Source: Antedon mediterranea
Taxonomy: Eukaryota > Animalia > Echinodermata
NCBI RefSeq assembly: GCF_964355755.1
Contig: NC_092676.1
Location: forward strand, 21,284,871-21,348,870
Direction: 5' to 3'
DNA: 64,000 nt
Program-made: the position numbers and the translations under genes
Notes under the pieces: generated by a model
Told to the model about the DNA's origin: nothing
The model's input: the letters and a program-made list of their open reading frames with translations, nothing else
Databases searched by the model: none
Shown here: positions 53,501 to 64,000 of the stretch, piece after piece
How the letters are laid out: every line of letters begins with the position of its first letter
Numbering within the stretch: position 1 is the first letter of the stretch

Positions 53501-56500
53501 TTACAACATTTTCAGTAACCACTTTCTTAAACTAGATTTAAACTTTCAGAATTCTACAAATGCCAATTCAATTTAATTTCTTTCATTTCGGAAATATTTT
53601 AATTTTTTTTCTCTTTTGTGTATTATTTCGGAAATATTTCATCCATATCAAAAGAAAAAACAAAATCTAATATAATGTTTATTCATTACCATATTTGGAT
53701 TGTCGCAGTATTGAACTTTGACATCTTTAAGATGCTTCAGGATTGGTTCATCATGTTCTTGTACCATATCTGCCAGTAGGTCTACATTCTTTAATATCGT
53801 TAACCAAAACTCTGGTATGCCTGATGGGTTCTCTGCAAAAAAACAAACAGTTTAAACATAGAATAACCTGTATAATGCAACAACAATCTTAAGAGCCACA
53901 TTAAAAATAAATAAATTATTATAATCTTATGTTTAAGGTCTTATACCCTGCAAGAACATCCTGTTGCACTCAATCTATAATGATCTTGTGTTCTATTAGC
54001 TATTATATAATGGTAATTGTGTTATTTATTTAAATAAAAGATATGTTTTAATAATAAAAAATGAACTTTGATTTCTTTTGTTCTAAAAACTAACCCTCTT
54101 CTTTATCTTCTATTTGGGCTTTCTCCTTCAGTTCATCCTGTAATAAAATAAATAATTTTATTAAATCAAACTACTGTATGTCGGTGGTGGTTGGGGTAAA
54201 CGAACATGTAATTTAGGAATTAAAAATAAACACATGGTTTTATGTTCACCCCAGGAGCGTATTTGGTACAATACAGAGTGGCGATACATATGAAAACCTG
54301 CCAAATGTCTTTGTATGGTAAGGAATTAAAAAACACAGTACTAAACAGATCCGTTTCTAATCAAAGTTCTTGTTTGTCACAAATAATCAATACATATATA
54401 CAATATAGAAAAAATACCACGGAAGTGAAACAATTTTGTAAAATGGGTCTTTGAAATACTTCTGTTTTTACATATTAACACACATAAAATATTAAACATC
54501 AAATACAAATTATAACTATTAATAAAATAGTAATTTAATTAATATGGAAGGTTACAAATAAACGGATGAAATTCCACAAATATCTATTGAGGTACTCTCC
54601 AATTATGTGGCCCTACCACGAAGTACACAGACGGTTGGGTCGTAAATATCGTCAACTGATACAATCCCTATTCAGACAATTACTAGTCACAGATGGAAAG
54701 AACACCATGAAACAACACCATATACTAACATCATAGACAATTGAATTAAAATGTTAGTTACCTATCAAAGACAGTAGCAATGATGGTATGGACACGATGG
54801 TGAAGATGAATTGATACAAACCCCAAATTTAACTTACAACAGACCCTTTTGGCTCACTTACAGCAAGCTTGTTATCCCCCTCTTCCTCCTCTTCTTCGTC
54901 ATCGCTGCTCTCCCATTCACAGTCGGAATCTGTCGGCTCTATATGTGCTGTAACTATATCTTTCCTCTGAAAATAACAAAAGAACAAAAATATTGGTTTT
55001 ATAACAAATCTAAATGTGCTGTAACTATACCTTTCCTCTGAAAAAAAACCAAAACAATATTTGTTTTATAACAAATTTAAAACTTGCGTACAAGGTTTGA
55101 GTGGGAGAGTGTGGATGCTTCTATACTATAACAGCTTATTAAATACTTGAGGAAACGTAGCTCTGTGTTTAAAGTATCTGTCTATTGCAAAGTATTGACT
55201 TAGTTTCTGACAATATAATTTATTTTCTAGATTTCCTAGTGCGCCGTTCCGCAACATATGGGTCACAAACAAAAATTTATTTTGTCAGCTCAAATACGTA
55301 ATGTTGGGTCGCAAGAATTCACAAAATAGGATGATGGGGTTGCGGTTAAAAAAGTTGCGGAACGCTGTTCTAGTTGATAGTTTTTTACTGAACATCACTT
55401 TTAAATAAAGTCATGCATAAACACAAACATAAATATTGAATAGCATACCTTATCATAAAGATTTTCATAAAGTTTAGCATATTTGCACTCTAATTGATGG
55501 ACCTCCTCGTAGAACTTTGCTTCTAATTTTGTGTGGTTTAGCTGTAGCTTTTTCAAGGCTTTGATACGACGCTTCACAACTTTTGGTAAACTAAATAAAA
55601 AACAATTATTCAAATCATTTAAAATAATTTGCAAATAAAGATATGTTGTTACCAAAACATAAATTCAAAACAAGATTTTCAATAGGCCAGTTTGCATTCT
55701 TATTCAAGTTATTAAGACAAACAAAAATAATGATATTGCTTATCAAAAGTACAAAGTATTTAAATGCTTACATTGATCATAAACTGGACTTTTGGGTAAT
55801 ATGCTCTGGGCCTTTAAACTAATAATACCATATGGTATTATTTTAGCCAAAATGTATAAATATTATGTAACACTAAAATGCTTGATATTTCAATTATTTT
55901 TCAGGGGGACTATTATAATCAAAAACCATATCAACTGTTGAAATTTAATTAATACTGTTTTGTTTTCTCTAAAGAAAGCTATCCAATTAATACATATTTG
56001 CCATCAATTAAACACATATCGAGAATATTTATTGCAAAATAGCCCATTGCAGCGATACTGACCTTTCAATATAGCCACTTCGTTGACCAACAAGACTATC
56101 TAATTGATGTTGTAGTGATGCTAACACCTGGGGGTTCTGTAAAACCACTGCAAAATACAAATTATAAAATAATTAGTTACCAGTACAATGAATAATTTAA
56201 CATAAAAACAAATACAGTTCAAGACTCAGTACACTCAGAATACAGAACACTTTTAAAACCAACTTATTTTTTTCCGCATAACAGCTACAGTACTTAACAA
56301 AATTTACCTCCCTCCCTCCCTCCGCTAAAACTCCAAAGATATTTCTGCTTCTCACAAACCTCTGCAGACATGCGATGGAAATGAAAATCGCAGTTATTTA
56401 CTCTTCGAATGGGTAGCATGATTTTTGTTGATATGAAATGCTGGATTCGCATGAACAAATTAGCCTGGTGGAAATGTAGGCAATAGCATCAGGTTGTATG

Positions 56501-57545
56501 TGTCAAGTTGTCTCCAAAGAGTCACCATACTGTGATGCATCATAGGCCTAGGGAGCACACTGGACATGGTGGGGTAGTGATGCAGGTTTGAGTAATATAC
56601 TGTATGTTTTTTAATGGGTTAGACTTACGGTTAACCTTATCATCTGTAACATTTCCCTGTATTTCTTCCACCTCCTCTACATCATCCATTGAATCTCCCC
56701 CTGGTCCTGCTTCCATGTTAGCTACAGCATCACTGGCCCTACAGGAGGAAAATTACAAATATAATATCTGCACTGATCAATACTCACTGTATATTGATCA
56801 ATAAGCAACAACAATGAAAAAAGCAGAGTATAGTTATTAGCCCGAATAAAAAAAAATGCATCTTTCATAGAAAAACAGATTACAAATCAGCATACCATTA
56901 AAAGATTAATCTTGTAAAAAAAACACCAAATAAATATGGTGGAGAGAAAGATTATAATCTCTCTATTCAATGGCCAATATTAATCATCAACTATCAAAGG
57001 ACATACAGTTTGTTTATTTTGTTTCTGTTACTCATCTAATTTTAATAAAAAGATAAACTAAATATTAAAATAAAAAATAATAATACTAATGATTATTACA
57101 ATTATTATGGGAAATTAAAGGAACATCACTAAATTAAACAATATCTAATGATATCTCCATTTAATAAAATGCTCGATACAATAAAACATTTTGCCTGAAA
57201 TTATTTATAGTAGACAAAAACAAGCCGAGATAATTTATTCCACATGACTTACTACAGTGTACTATGACACAAGTGGCAAGACCACAATGTAAGGATGTCA
57301 TACTCTCGTGTGAGCTGCCTGTAATTTATGGCTAACCCAAATTAATCTTCCCATTCACAGACAAATCATTAAGAATCTAGCAACGGCTAGCAATTGTTAT
57401 TCACTCACTGGCTGCATGCCGTGCATAATGTTTCTTAAATTCATGCTTGGCAATGGCATACTACATTAAAAAAGCCATGGTTTTAGTTACTAACTGAGAT
57501 AGATTTGAGATATTGAAATGACGGACGATAGTCATGCATTATATA

Positions 57546-57580
<35 letters not shown>

Positions 57581-60500
57581 GGATTGCCTTCATATTTTTT
57601 TTAAACAAATCTCACTGTCTACACAAAATGCTCCTTTTAGATTTTGGTTATATAAATAGCCTAGAATATTAACTCGACAAATATGGAATAATCAGCAATT
57701 ATGCATGTTTACCAACTATAGATTAATAGTACAGACAGTTAAAAAGATTTTGAGAATTTAAATTTAAAACATGCATGCATATTTTTTTTTACAGGGGAAT
57801 AAAATGGGGATCAGAGGAAAGGGGTCAATGTGGGCGTGGTTTAAGTATGTGTATATATTTATATATCCATTTAAATATGAGGAAAAAATTGACAAAAATA
57901 ATAATTGCCTCTTGACCTTCATTTTAATATTTAAAATAAACATTTTCCTGTTTTCCATCCTAAAATATTCCATAAGTACTGTACATGTATGTATTATTAG
58001 ATATATTTTATACTTGTGTTTTATCTTACTTATTTTTTAATTGTAAATTTAACAATGTTTGTTGCAATAAATGGATTTGATTTGATATCATTTAGAACAC
58101 TTCTTAGATTTTTCACAGTAAATAGTCTGCATTGATAAAACATAGAATAGAAAGAAAAAACCACCCAACAGACAAATTAAACAGGCTCTTTAATTAAGAG
58201 TGGCAGCTGGTCTTGTAATAGTGAAGTACAGTTACTAACTGTTTGTTAGACAATAATTAACCTATATCGATGAGACCATATTTTTATATTTGTTCGTTAA
58301 AGATTATATAAAAAATAAATGTCTAGGCCTACAGTAGATCAGTTTGTTCAGCTTTTGGCCAGGTCAGTAAAAAAAATGCAGTCTTAGGATGATTCGGCCT
58401 TGGCAAAATAGTCATCAAATTGGTGAGCTGAAAGTCCAGGGCTGCAAATTTGTGTTTAAGCAACCAAATTTAAACTATACTATAATTCTAGATTAGTTAG
58501 TCCCACTAATTAATAAATAACTTAATTCTTCACAAATTAAATTAACAAATTATTAACATATTAGGACTTCATGATGAAAATCATATGTTTACAATGCATA
58601 ATTGTTCTACTGTCAAAGATGTATTCAGGGCATCACGTATGCAAAACCCAGGAGAGCAACAAATCGCTCTCCTCAAATCACCGAGGAGAGCAATTCGCTC
58701 ACCTTGCAAAAATTTTAAATCGCTCTCCTCAAATATTTATGTTGAAGTTGAAGGATGGTCGCCCTTATTAAAAATGGCTGGCCCTTATTAATTTTTTGTA
58801 CACATTTTTTTGACCGACAGGGGATAACCCCCCCCCCCCCCCCCCGGGCACAACAAATGTATACTGTACCTCTCCCCTAAAATCCACCACACCCACCTTT
58901 ACACACAATATTTTCCGTGGGGATCGTATTATTCTACAGTACAAAAAACTCAAGCCAATTTTTTTTTTATGGCCTGCCTGGGTAGATTGGGTTTCAGGAG
59001 CCTGGAGAATCCTGTCCTGGCCAACTATATGCCTTTAGCCTAGCTTTTCTAGCCTAGCTTGTTGGCCTAGAAATCAGACAGAAAACCTGAAAAGTATTTA
59101 CCTGCAATTCATAAATTATACAATTCTAACATGCAACAGCCATTAAAATATTGATAATAAGTTACAAAGTGTCATTTTAAAATAATTAAGAAAGATATTT
59201 GATCGTGTTTACATGTGTCACACATGGGCGCACGCACAATAGGGGGGAGGGCTGAGAGAGCTTCTAGAAGATGCTGACGTCACACATCAGCACGTGTTTT
59301 GAGGAGGATTTGAGTGACCAAAATTGGTTAGAACTTTCGAAGAAATAATCCATCTTCAAAATGACATAATTAAAGCAACCAGCAGCTAAGCTTTTTTAAA
59401 TAATAAACATTATATTTAGGCCTCCTATATTAATGTTTCCTTTTAAAATTAAATATATTTTATTAACTCGTTCCATAAAAACATAAAGGGAAAAATTATT
59501 GGTTGGGACATGATCTGCCTGTAAAGGAGGTGTTTCTATGACACCGTACTGGTTGCACTATGAGGCGATGAAGTAAACTCGCCCTTGAATGCGCGCAGGC
59601 AGGGGAATCCCCTTTGTTGGTACCTCGCACTGTGAGATGGAGCGCGATGAATTGCTCTCCTTTTCGAAGGTTGTTGATTGCGATCGCGCTCGCGATCCTT
59701 AAAAACGAGGGACTGCCATTAGGCTTGTAGCTTTATAACTTAGCTTATATATTATTAGCCTAGGCCTAGATTGGTTTTAACTTTTAAAAATCCACGTGTT
59801 TTTAGGCCTCTTGACAGAAAAATCAACACTGTCAAAAGCTAGGCTCTATTTTGAAAATTAAGGAGCGCGATAAATTGCTCTCCTCGAAGCCTGTTGAGGA
59901 GCGCGGAGGAGCAGGCGCTCCTTATAAATGATGCCCTGATGTATTGTCACCCAAAACATAAAAAATGAAGATTAATAAAATCAGACTTTACATAAGCCAT
60001 TTTTCAATTTTAATAAAGTTATTCACTTCTGTGAAAAAAATTGTTATTTCACTTTTATATAAAGACATTTGTTGAACAAAACAGTTGATTTTAATCAAAA
60101 ATATATAATCAAAAATATATATCTTTAATTTTAGGTGACAATACAGTACATCAGACCTCCCACTATTTATCTGTTTAGCAATATACTGTAGCAGGCCTTT
60201 TCTTTTATTTAAGGTGAGCGAGTGCGATCGCTCACCTAACACACTCCTAAACTGCCCTTGAGGAGTGTGTACAGCACCCCTGAATGTACAGGTCTTTTCT
60301 TTTAAGGTGAGCGAGTGGGATCGCTCACTTAACACACTCCTAAACTGCCCTTGAGGAGTGTGTACAGCACAGGGTACAGCACCCCTGAATGTACAGGCCT
60401 TTTCTTTTGAGGCGAGCGAGTGCGATCGCTCGCCTAACACACTCCTAAACTGCCCCTGGGGAGTGTGTACAGCACCCCTGAATGTACAGACAGTATTGAG

Positions 60501-60594
60501 TGCAATTTGTACTATTGTAGCACATCTACAATTTTAAAAAGACAAGGCCTGCTGTAGCATGTTTACCCTGTACTTACTGATTGTTTTCTGCCAT
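41588..60594 (-). CDS. NAP1L1: Nucleosome assembly protein 1-like (NAP1L1/NAP1L4 family), 389 aa
   Basis: Coding exons 60578-60594, 56629-56738, 56063-56147, 55449-55590, 54862-54966, 54095-54137, 53690-53832, 53284-53423, 45099-45267, 44548-44661, 44275-44295, 44017-44064, 41588-41620 (1170 nt). Motifs SGYIESLPKVVKRRIKALKKLQ, GIPEFWLT, GCTIDWKKGKNIT, NDSFFNFFSPP, DFEIGHFFKERVVPRAVLYFTGEA, acidic tail, C-terminal CKQQ CaaX box. Confidence 0.96.
42558..42757. repeat. 37-bp tandem repeat, about 5 copies
   Basis: Unit AGTGTTGCTTCTAGACACCACACTGATTATCTAGTGT. Confidence 0.9.
42935..43995. repeat. Higher-order minisatellite of 30-34-bp related monomers
   Basis: Alternating TATCTAGTGTTGGTTTCTAAACACTATTCTAAA and TATCTAGTGTTGCTTCTAGATGCTAAACAGGGAC-type units. 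Confidence 0.9.
48975..49465. repeat. 172-bp tandem repeat, about 2.8 copies, inside the composite transposon
   Basis: Units start at 48975, 49147 and 49319. Confidence 0.9.
49540..52421 (-). pseudogene. Internally deleted AcademX-type transposase pseudogene (XPG/FEN1-like nuclease + C-terminal Cys-rich domain)
   Basis: QEEADTRM, SPDTDDVF and HCFTGCDSVSAFFGNGK (50028-50447); PSPVGNGW and CKKSKCNEGLQMKNAVYP region then C..C..C..SS motifs at 49600-49830; IKNAERSRR near 50620; N-terminal remnant KRCYQYFTD near 52170 with a donor at 52101. Multiple stops and frameshifts; no DDE core visible. Confidence 0.72.
50921..51744. mobile_element. MITE with about 70-bp TIRs and dense TTGCGCAA subrepeats, nested in the transposase intron
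   Basis: TGCATGTGTTATGCGCGATTTGAA... / ...TTCAAATCGCGCATAACACATGCA; about 19 perfect TTGCGCAA palindromes; no clear TSD. Confidence 0.8.
58626..59938. mobile_element. Non-autonomous TIR element (P-element- or hAT-like) in a NAP1 intron
   Basis: Termini CAGGGCATCA / TGATGCCCTG; 7-bp direct repeat ATGTATT at 58619-58625 and 59939-59945; subterminal GGAGAGCAA..TTGCTCTCC hairpin repeats. Confidence 0.75.
60193..60489. repeat. Three tandem 92-103-bp units, each with two GC-rich hairpins
   Basis: AGGTGAGCGA-gtgcga-TCGCTCACCT and ACACACTCCT-aaactgcccttg-AGGAGTGTGT in each unit. Confidence 0.88.
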
Positions 60595-61239
60595 TGTAAA
60601 GACAGTCTTGTGTATCTCTGAAATTCAAATTAATAATTATGATAAAGTACATTGGGAAAATGGCATCATCTTAAACAGAAATTCCGCAAACATTGTTGAA
60701 GGGCCACAGGGCAGTTTGAGAAATGTAGAAATTGTAATTTAATTATATTATTATTATAGGCTAATTAATTTTACCACTGGCTGCTGACTGGTTGGCCTAG
60801 GCCTAGGCCCTAGGCCTAGCTTGCAAACTAAAGTCCAATTAAGAATTTAACAATGCTTGATTTTATTTCACAACAGTAAGCCCAGCTTACTATCAAGTAA
60901 GTGGGAGCCGTACCTAGGCTAGCCTAGGCCGCTACGTTTTATTTTAAATCATCTCAACCTGCAACAAGACGTGCAAGAGCAATCGATGTGTGCGGCTAGT
61001 GCATCAACACGCACGGTGGACTTCTTCACCGGATACTGAGCAGAACAATACAAATATTCGAGCTTAGAACCATGAAATTTATCGTTTTAAATATCCCTTA
61101 ATTATTAATACGTTTTACTACATGTTATATTATTAACAACATTTTACAAAATTATCAAAATACATTTTCATCACATTTTAATGACGATTACGTTTTCGTT
61201 AATCGGTACTTACATTCTTCCAACATACACCACGCTGCA

Positions 61240-61356
61240 ATATGGCGGGGAACATAGACAGAGAATGATTGGTCAGTGTGTGACGTACGGTTACGTCATT
61301 ATAACGGTTTGGCCAATCAAAGTGCTCAGTTTAATTGGTACAAGTGGCGCGAAAAT
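61240..61356 (-). promoter_or_regulatory. Probable NAP1 promoter (TATA-less, cell-cycle type)
   Basis: E2F-like GGCGCGAAA (61346-61354) and TGGCGGGGAA (about 61243); CCAAT boxes (about 61268 and 61313); CRE-like TGACGTAC/TTACGTCA. Lies upstream of a probable non-coding exon ending at 60959. Confidence 0.6.
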
Positions 61357-61420
61357 ATTTTTTTTTTGTCGTGACTGGGTTAACCCAAAATTTATTTAAT
61401 AAAATATTAATTAATTGAGA

Positions 61421-61597
61421 TACCGTATTTATTCGTTTATTGTTCACAACGGATTTTAGGAGGGCGTTTATTAGGGGAAACGTGTATATTATTTGTGTGT
61501 AGTAGGCCTATAATTTGGTGTAAAACATAGGCCTAATCAAATAAATATATCCCCTAATGCAACACAATTAATATCAAAAAGCGGATAAAATACAGTA
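61421..61597. mobile_element. Short Tc1/mariner(pogo)-type MITE
   Basis: Ends TACCGTATTTATTCG / CGGATAAAATACAGTA with internal GGGCGTTTATTAG; related fragments at about 34040-34330. Confidence 0.5.
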
Positions 61598-63586
61598 ATA
61601 ATTGTATCAAAATGCCTGGTAACTTATAGAATGTGTCAATCAATGAATTCTAGTTTGAAGGAGGTGAGGGAGGGGGATTTATTCAAAGGGGTTTTTTTTA
61701 AATAAATGTGATGTCATTATTAAATACAATCATCTTTACAATTTAATCAATCAATGTTAACAAAATGCTTGTAATATCAATTACTTTATTTTATTATGTT
61801 CTAAGCCTACATCTACAAGTGTACAACAAACTTTTTTTTATACAAAATGATCAAGTAGGCCTACACACCATGCCGCATGCTCAGATGATTTATTCTTATA
61901 AAAATAAAAATGTGATTATTTGAAACTATTTCATTATTATACTCATATTGCTATTTATTGATTGTCACTACTAGACATTATGACATGATTCATCAGTCAC
62001 CTCCCTCACCACCACATCCATTTCTCTAACGTCCGCCCTCTACCTCCTTCGAAGAAGACGCGACTATTAAACGCCACCACACACACAACACATGGCCAAA
62101 AAAGTCTGCACAAATTCCCAGGTCCTCTTTTCTCATCGGCGGCGGACTCGGAAGGTTGATTTGATCCCTCTCCACCACCACCATTGATTAAGCAACAAAA
62201 AGTAGGCCTATGGATTTAATTATTAAATATTCTTATTAAATATAAGCACCTGGCCTAGTTACATACGTTCAATTATTATAGGCTATACACTACACTAGGC
62301 CTAGCTAGCTAGGCTAGTTGGATAAGCTAGTAAGTCCCTAGCTAGGCCTAGCCTAGGCCTAGTCTAGTAGGCCTACAAACTACACTATTATAGCTAGCTA
62401 GGCCTAGTAGTAGTAGTACTACTACTAGTAGGCCTCTACTAGGCCATCATCATCGACATCATCATTGACATTATTATTAATTATTGGAAAAGGAAGGAGT
62501 TGGCGCTACTACTATAGGTATGTCAAGATACGTGACGTCACACACTGTGGGTTTCGTCGGGAAACTCGTTCCTGTTTTTTTCGTCTTCATATAGGTGCTT
62601 GATTTAAAAAATTAATTTAAAATGCTTATTGGCTGAATTTCACTAACCTTTGAACTTGTTTACATAGTGAACAGGTCAAAGTTTATTTTTGTAAAAAAAA
62701 CAACATTTTTAGAAAAGCGATCGCGACGTGGTACACAAGTTAATTTTAGCATTGGAAAAACGCATTAATTTTACACATTTCGTAAGTATTGTCTTTTTCA
62801 AAAAATATCCTGTATTTTTCTTTATAATATAAACAGTATTCCTACTAAGTTTGAAGAAAATTGATCGTTAATCAATCACAGTTTAGCCCACAACAAATAA
62901 CCCAACTTCAGAGCTGGGGGTTGAGAATGGATGTTGTTCAATACACTATATTCAATGAATAGTGCATGTTAAAGCAGATTAAAAATGCCATATTTTTTAT
63001 GAAATCGACGTACTATAGCCAGATTTGTGACTAAAATGTCAAATATAAATATTAATTATTATTATTTTATACGATATTTGTTTAGATTCCAATGTAATTA
63101 ATTAGATAATTTAAGATTCAAACACCATTTGAAATAACTGGTGTGGTTTTGGAAATTGCATATGGCGGTGTACTATTCTGTCATTGGCTGATATATGCCA
63201 CGTGACCATAATGGTGGTCTGCCATTGGATGATTTCAATAGTATATGGAATAATCATCTTTTGTTTTATTTTAACTTTTGTTTACAGTAGATATCAGACT
63301 TTAATTTCAAGAATCAAGAAATCCAACTATTATTTCAACCATTTGTCTGGTAAGACCATTCTATTAATTGAAAGTAATATAGAATTTTATTTAAATGCAA
63401 TATTTATTTATTGTTTAAACTTGATTTTGTATGTTTTGAAAAATGTTATAGTTATGATTATATTTTATTTTTTTATAGAAATGTCAGGAACACATAAAAA
63501 AGAGAAGAGAATGCTACCAGTAAAAGTGAAAGGCGATTTATTAACGCAATAAGCAGTACTGTATATAATTGTTTCCTGTATCTTCT

Positions 63587-63998
63587 GGGAGGGGGATAAA
63601 GTTTTAAATCATTTATTTCTAATTCATCTTGATGTACAGTATAGTTACATGATCTTGCCAATTAACCTGTGTGAAAAAAAAATTCAAATGATTTTTATGT
63701 GTTAAAATATGCTATGTTTATGGTTCAAATATCTATTTTGCGGGAGGGGGGTAACGTTTAAATATAATTTATTTTTAATTCATCTTAATGTACAGTGTAG
63801 ATACATGATCTTGTCATTCAACCTGTGTGAATAACAAATTTCAAATGATTTTATGTGTTAAAATATGCTATGTTTATGGTTCCAGTATTTCTATTATTGG
63901 GGAGGGGGTAAAGTTTAAATACATTTTTTTTCTAAATCATCTTGATATACAGATGAATGTATTGTATTTGATGTTATCAGTTTGATATTCAACTGGTG
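63587..63998. repeat. About 155-bp imperfect tandem repeat, about 2.6 copies
   Basis: Units begin GGGAGGGG at about 63587, 63742 and 63899 and share CATCTT.ATGTACAG..CAAATGATTTT.TGTGTTAAAATATGCTATGTTTATGGTTC. Confidence 0.8.
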
Positions 63999-64000
63999 TG

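Noticed and set aside
56360-57480. Intronic H/ACA snoRNA candidates (vertebrate NAP1L4 hosts one)
   Set aside because: Only partial hairpins and ACA motifs; I could not assemble a hairpin-H-hairpin-ACA structure by eye. An Infernal/Rfam scan would decide.
59988-60440. 150-aa repetitive ORF
   Set aside because: Translation of the hairpin tandem repeat; no recognisable domain.

Overview
AT-rich, intron-rich animal genomic DNA, probably a marine invertebrate. The abundant TAGGCCTA motif and transposon spectrum are compatible with an echinoderm-like host, but that is inference only. I reconstructed four spliced genes by hand, all with consistent exon phases. (1) A minus-strand LDL-receptor-family gene (signal peptide, 3x YWTD propeller-EGF, then a Sushi/CCP module) runs off the left edge; its last visible intron holds a nearly intact RTE-like LINE. 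(2) A plus-strand 660-aa arthropod-type hemocyanin/prophenoloxidase-family gene has all six copper-binding His and no signal peptide. (3) A minus-strand LRP5/6 (Arrow)-type gene has an open 19-exon frame that stops after the first LDLa repeat, giving a predicted secreted ectodomain with no TM segment or PPPSP tail. (4) A minus-strand NAP1 gene ends in CKQQ and carries a 7.6-kb composite TIR transposon in one intron. Introns also hold Academ-like remnants, MITEs, a 125-bp-arm hairpin and several tandem arrays. Best candidates for new biology are the soluble LRP5/6 ectodomain (possible Wnt/Dkk decoy) and the hemocyanin-like gene between the two LRP-type genes.
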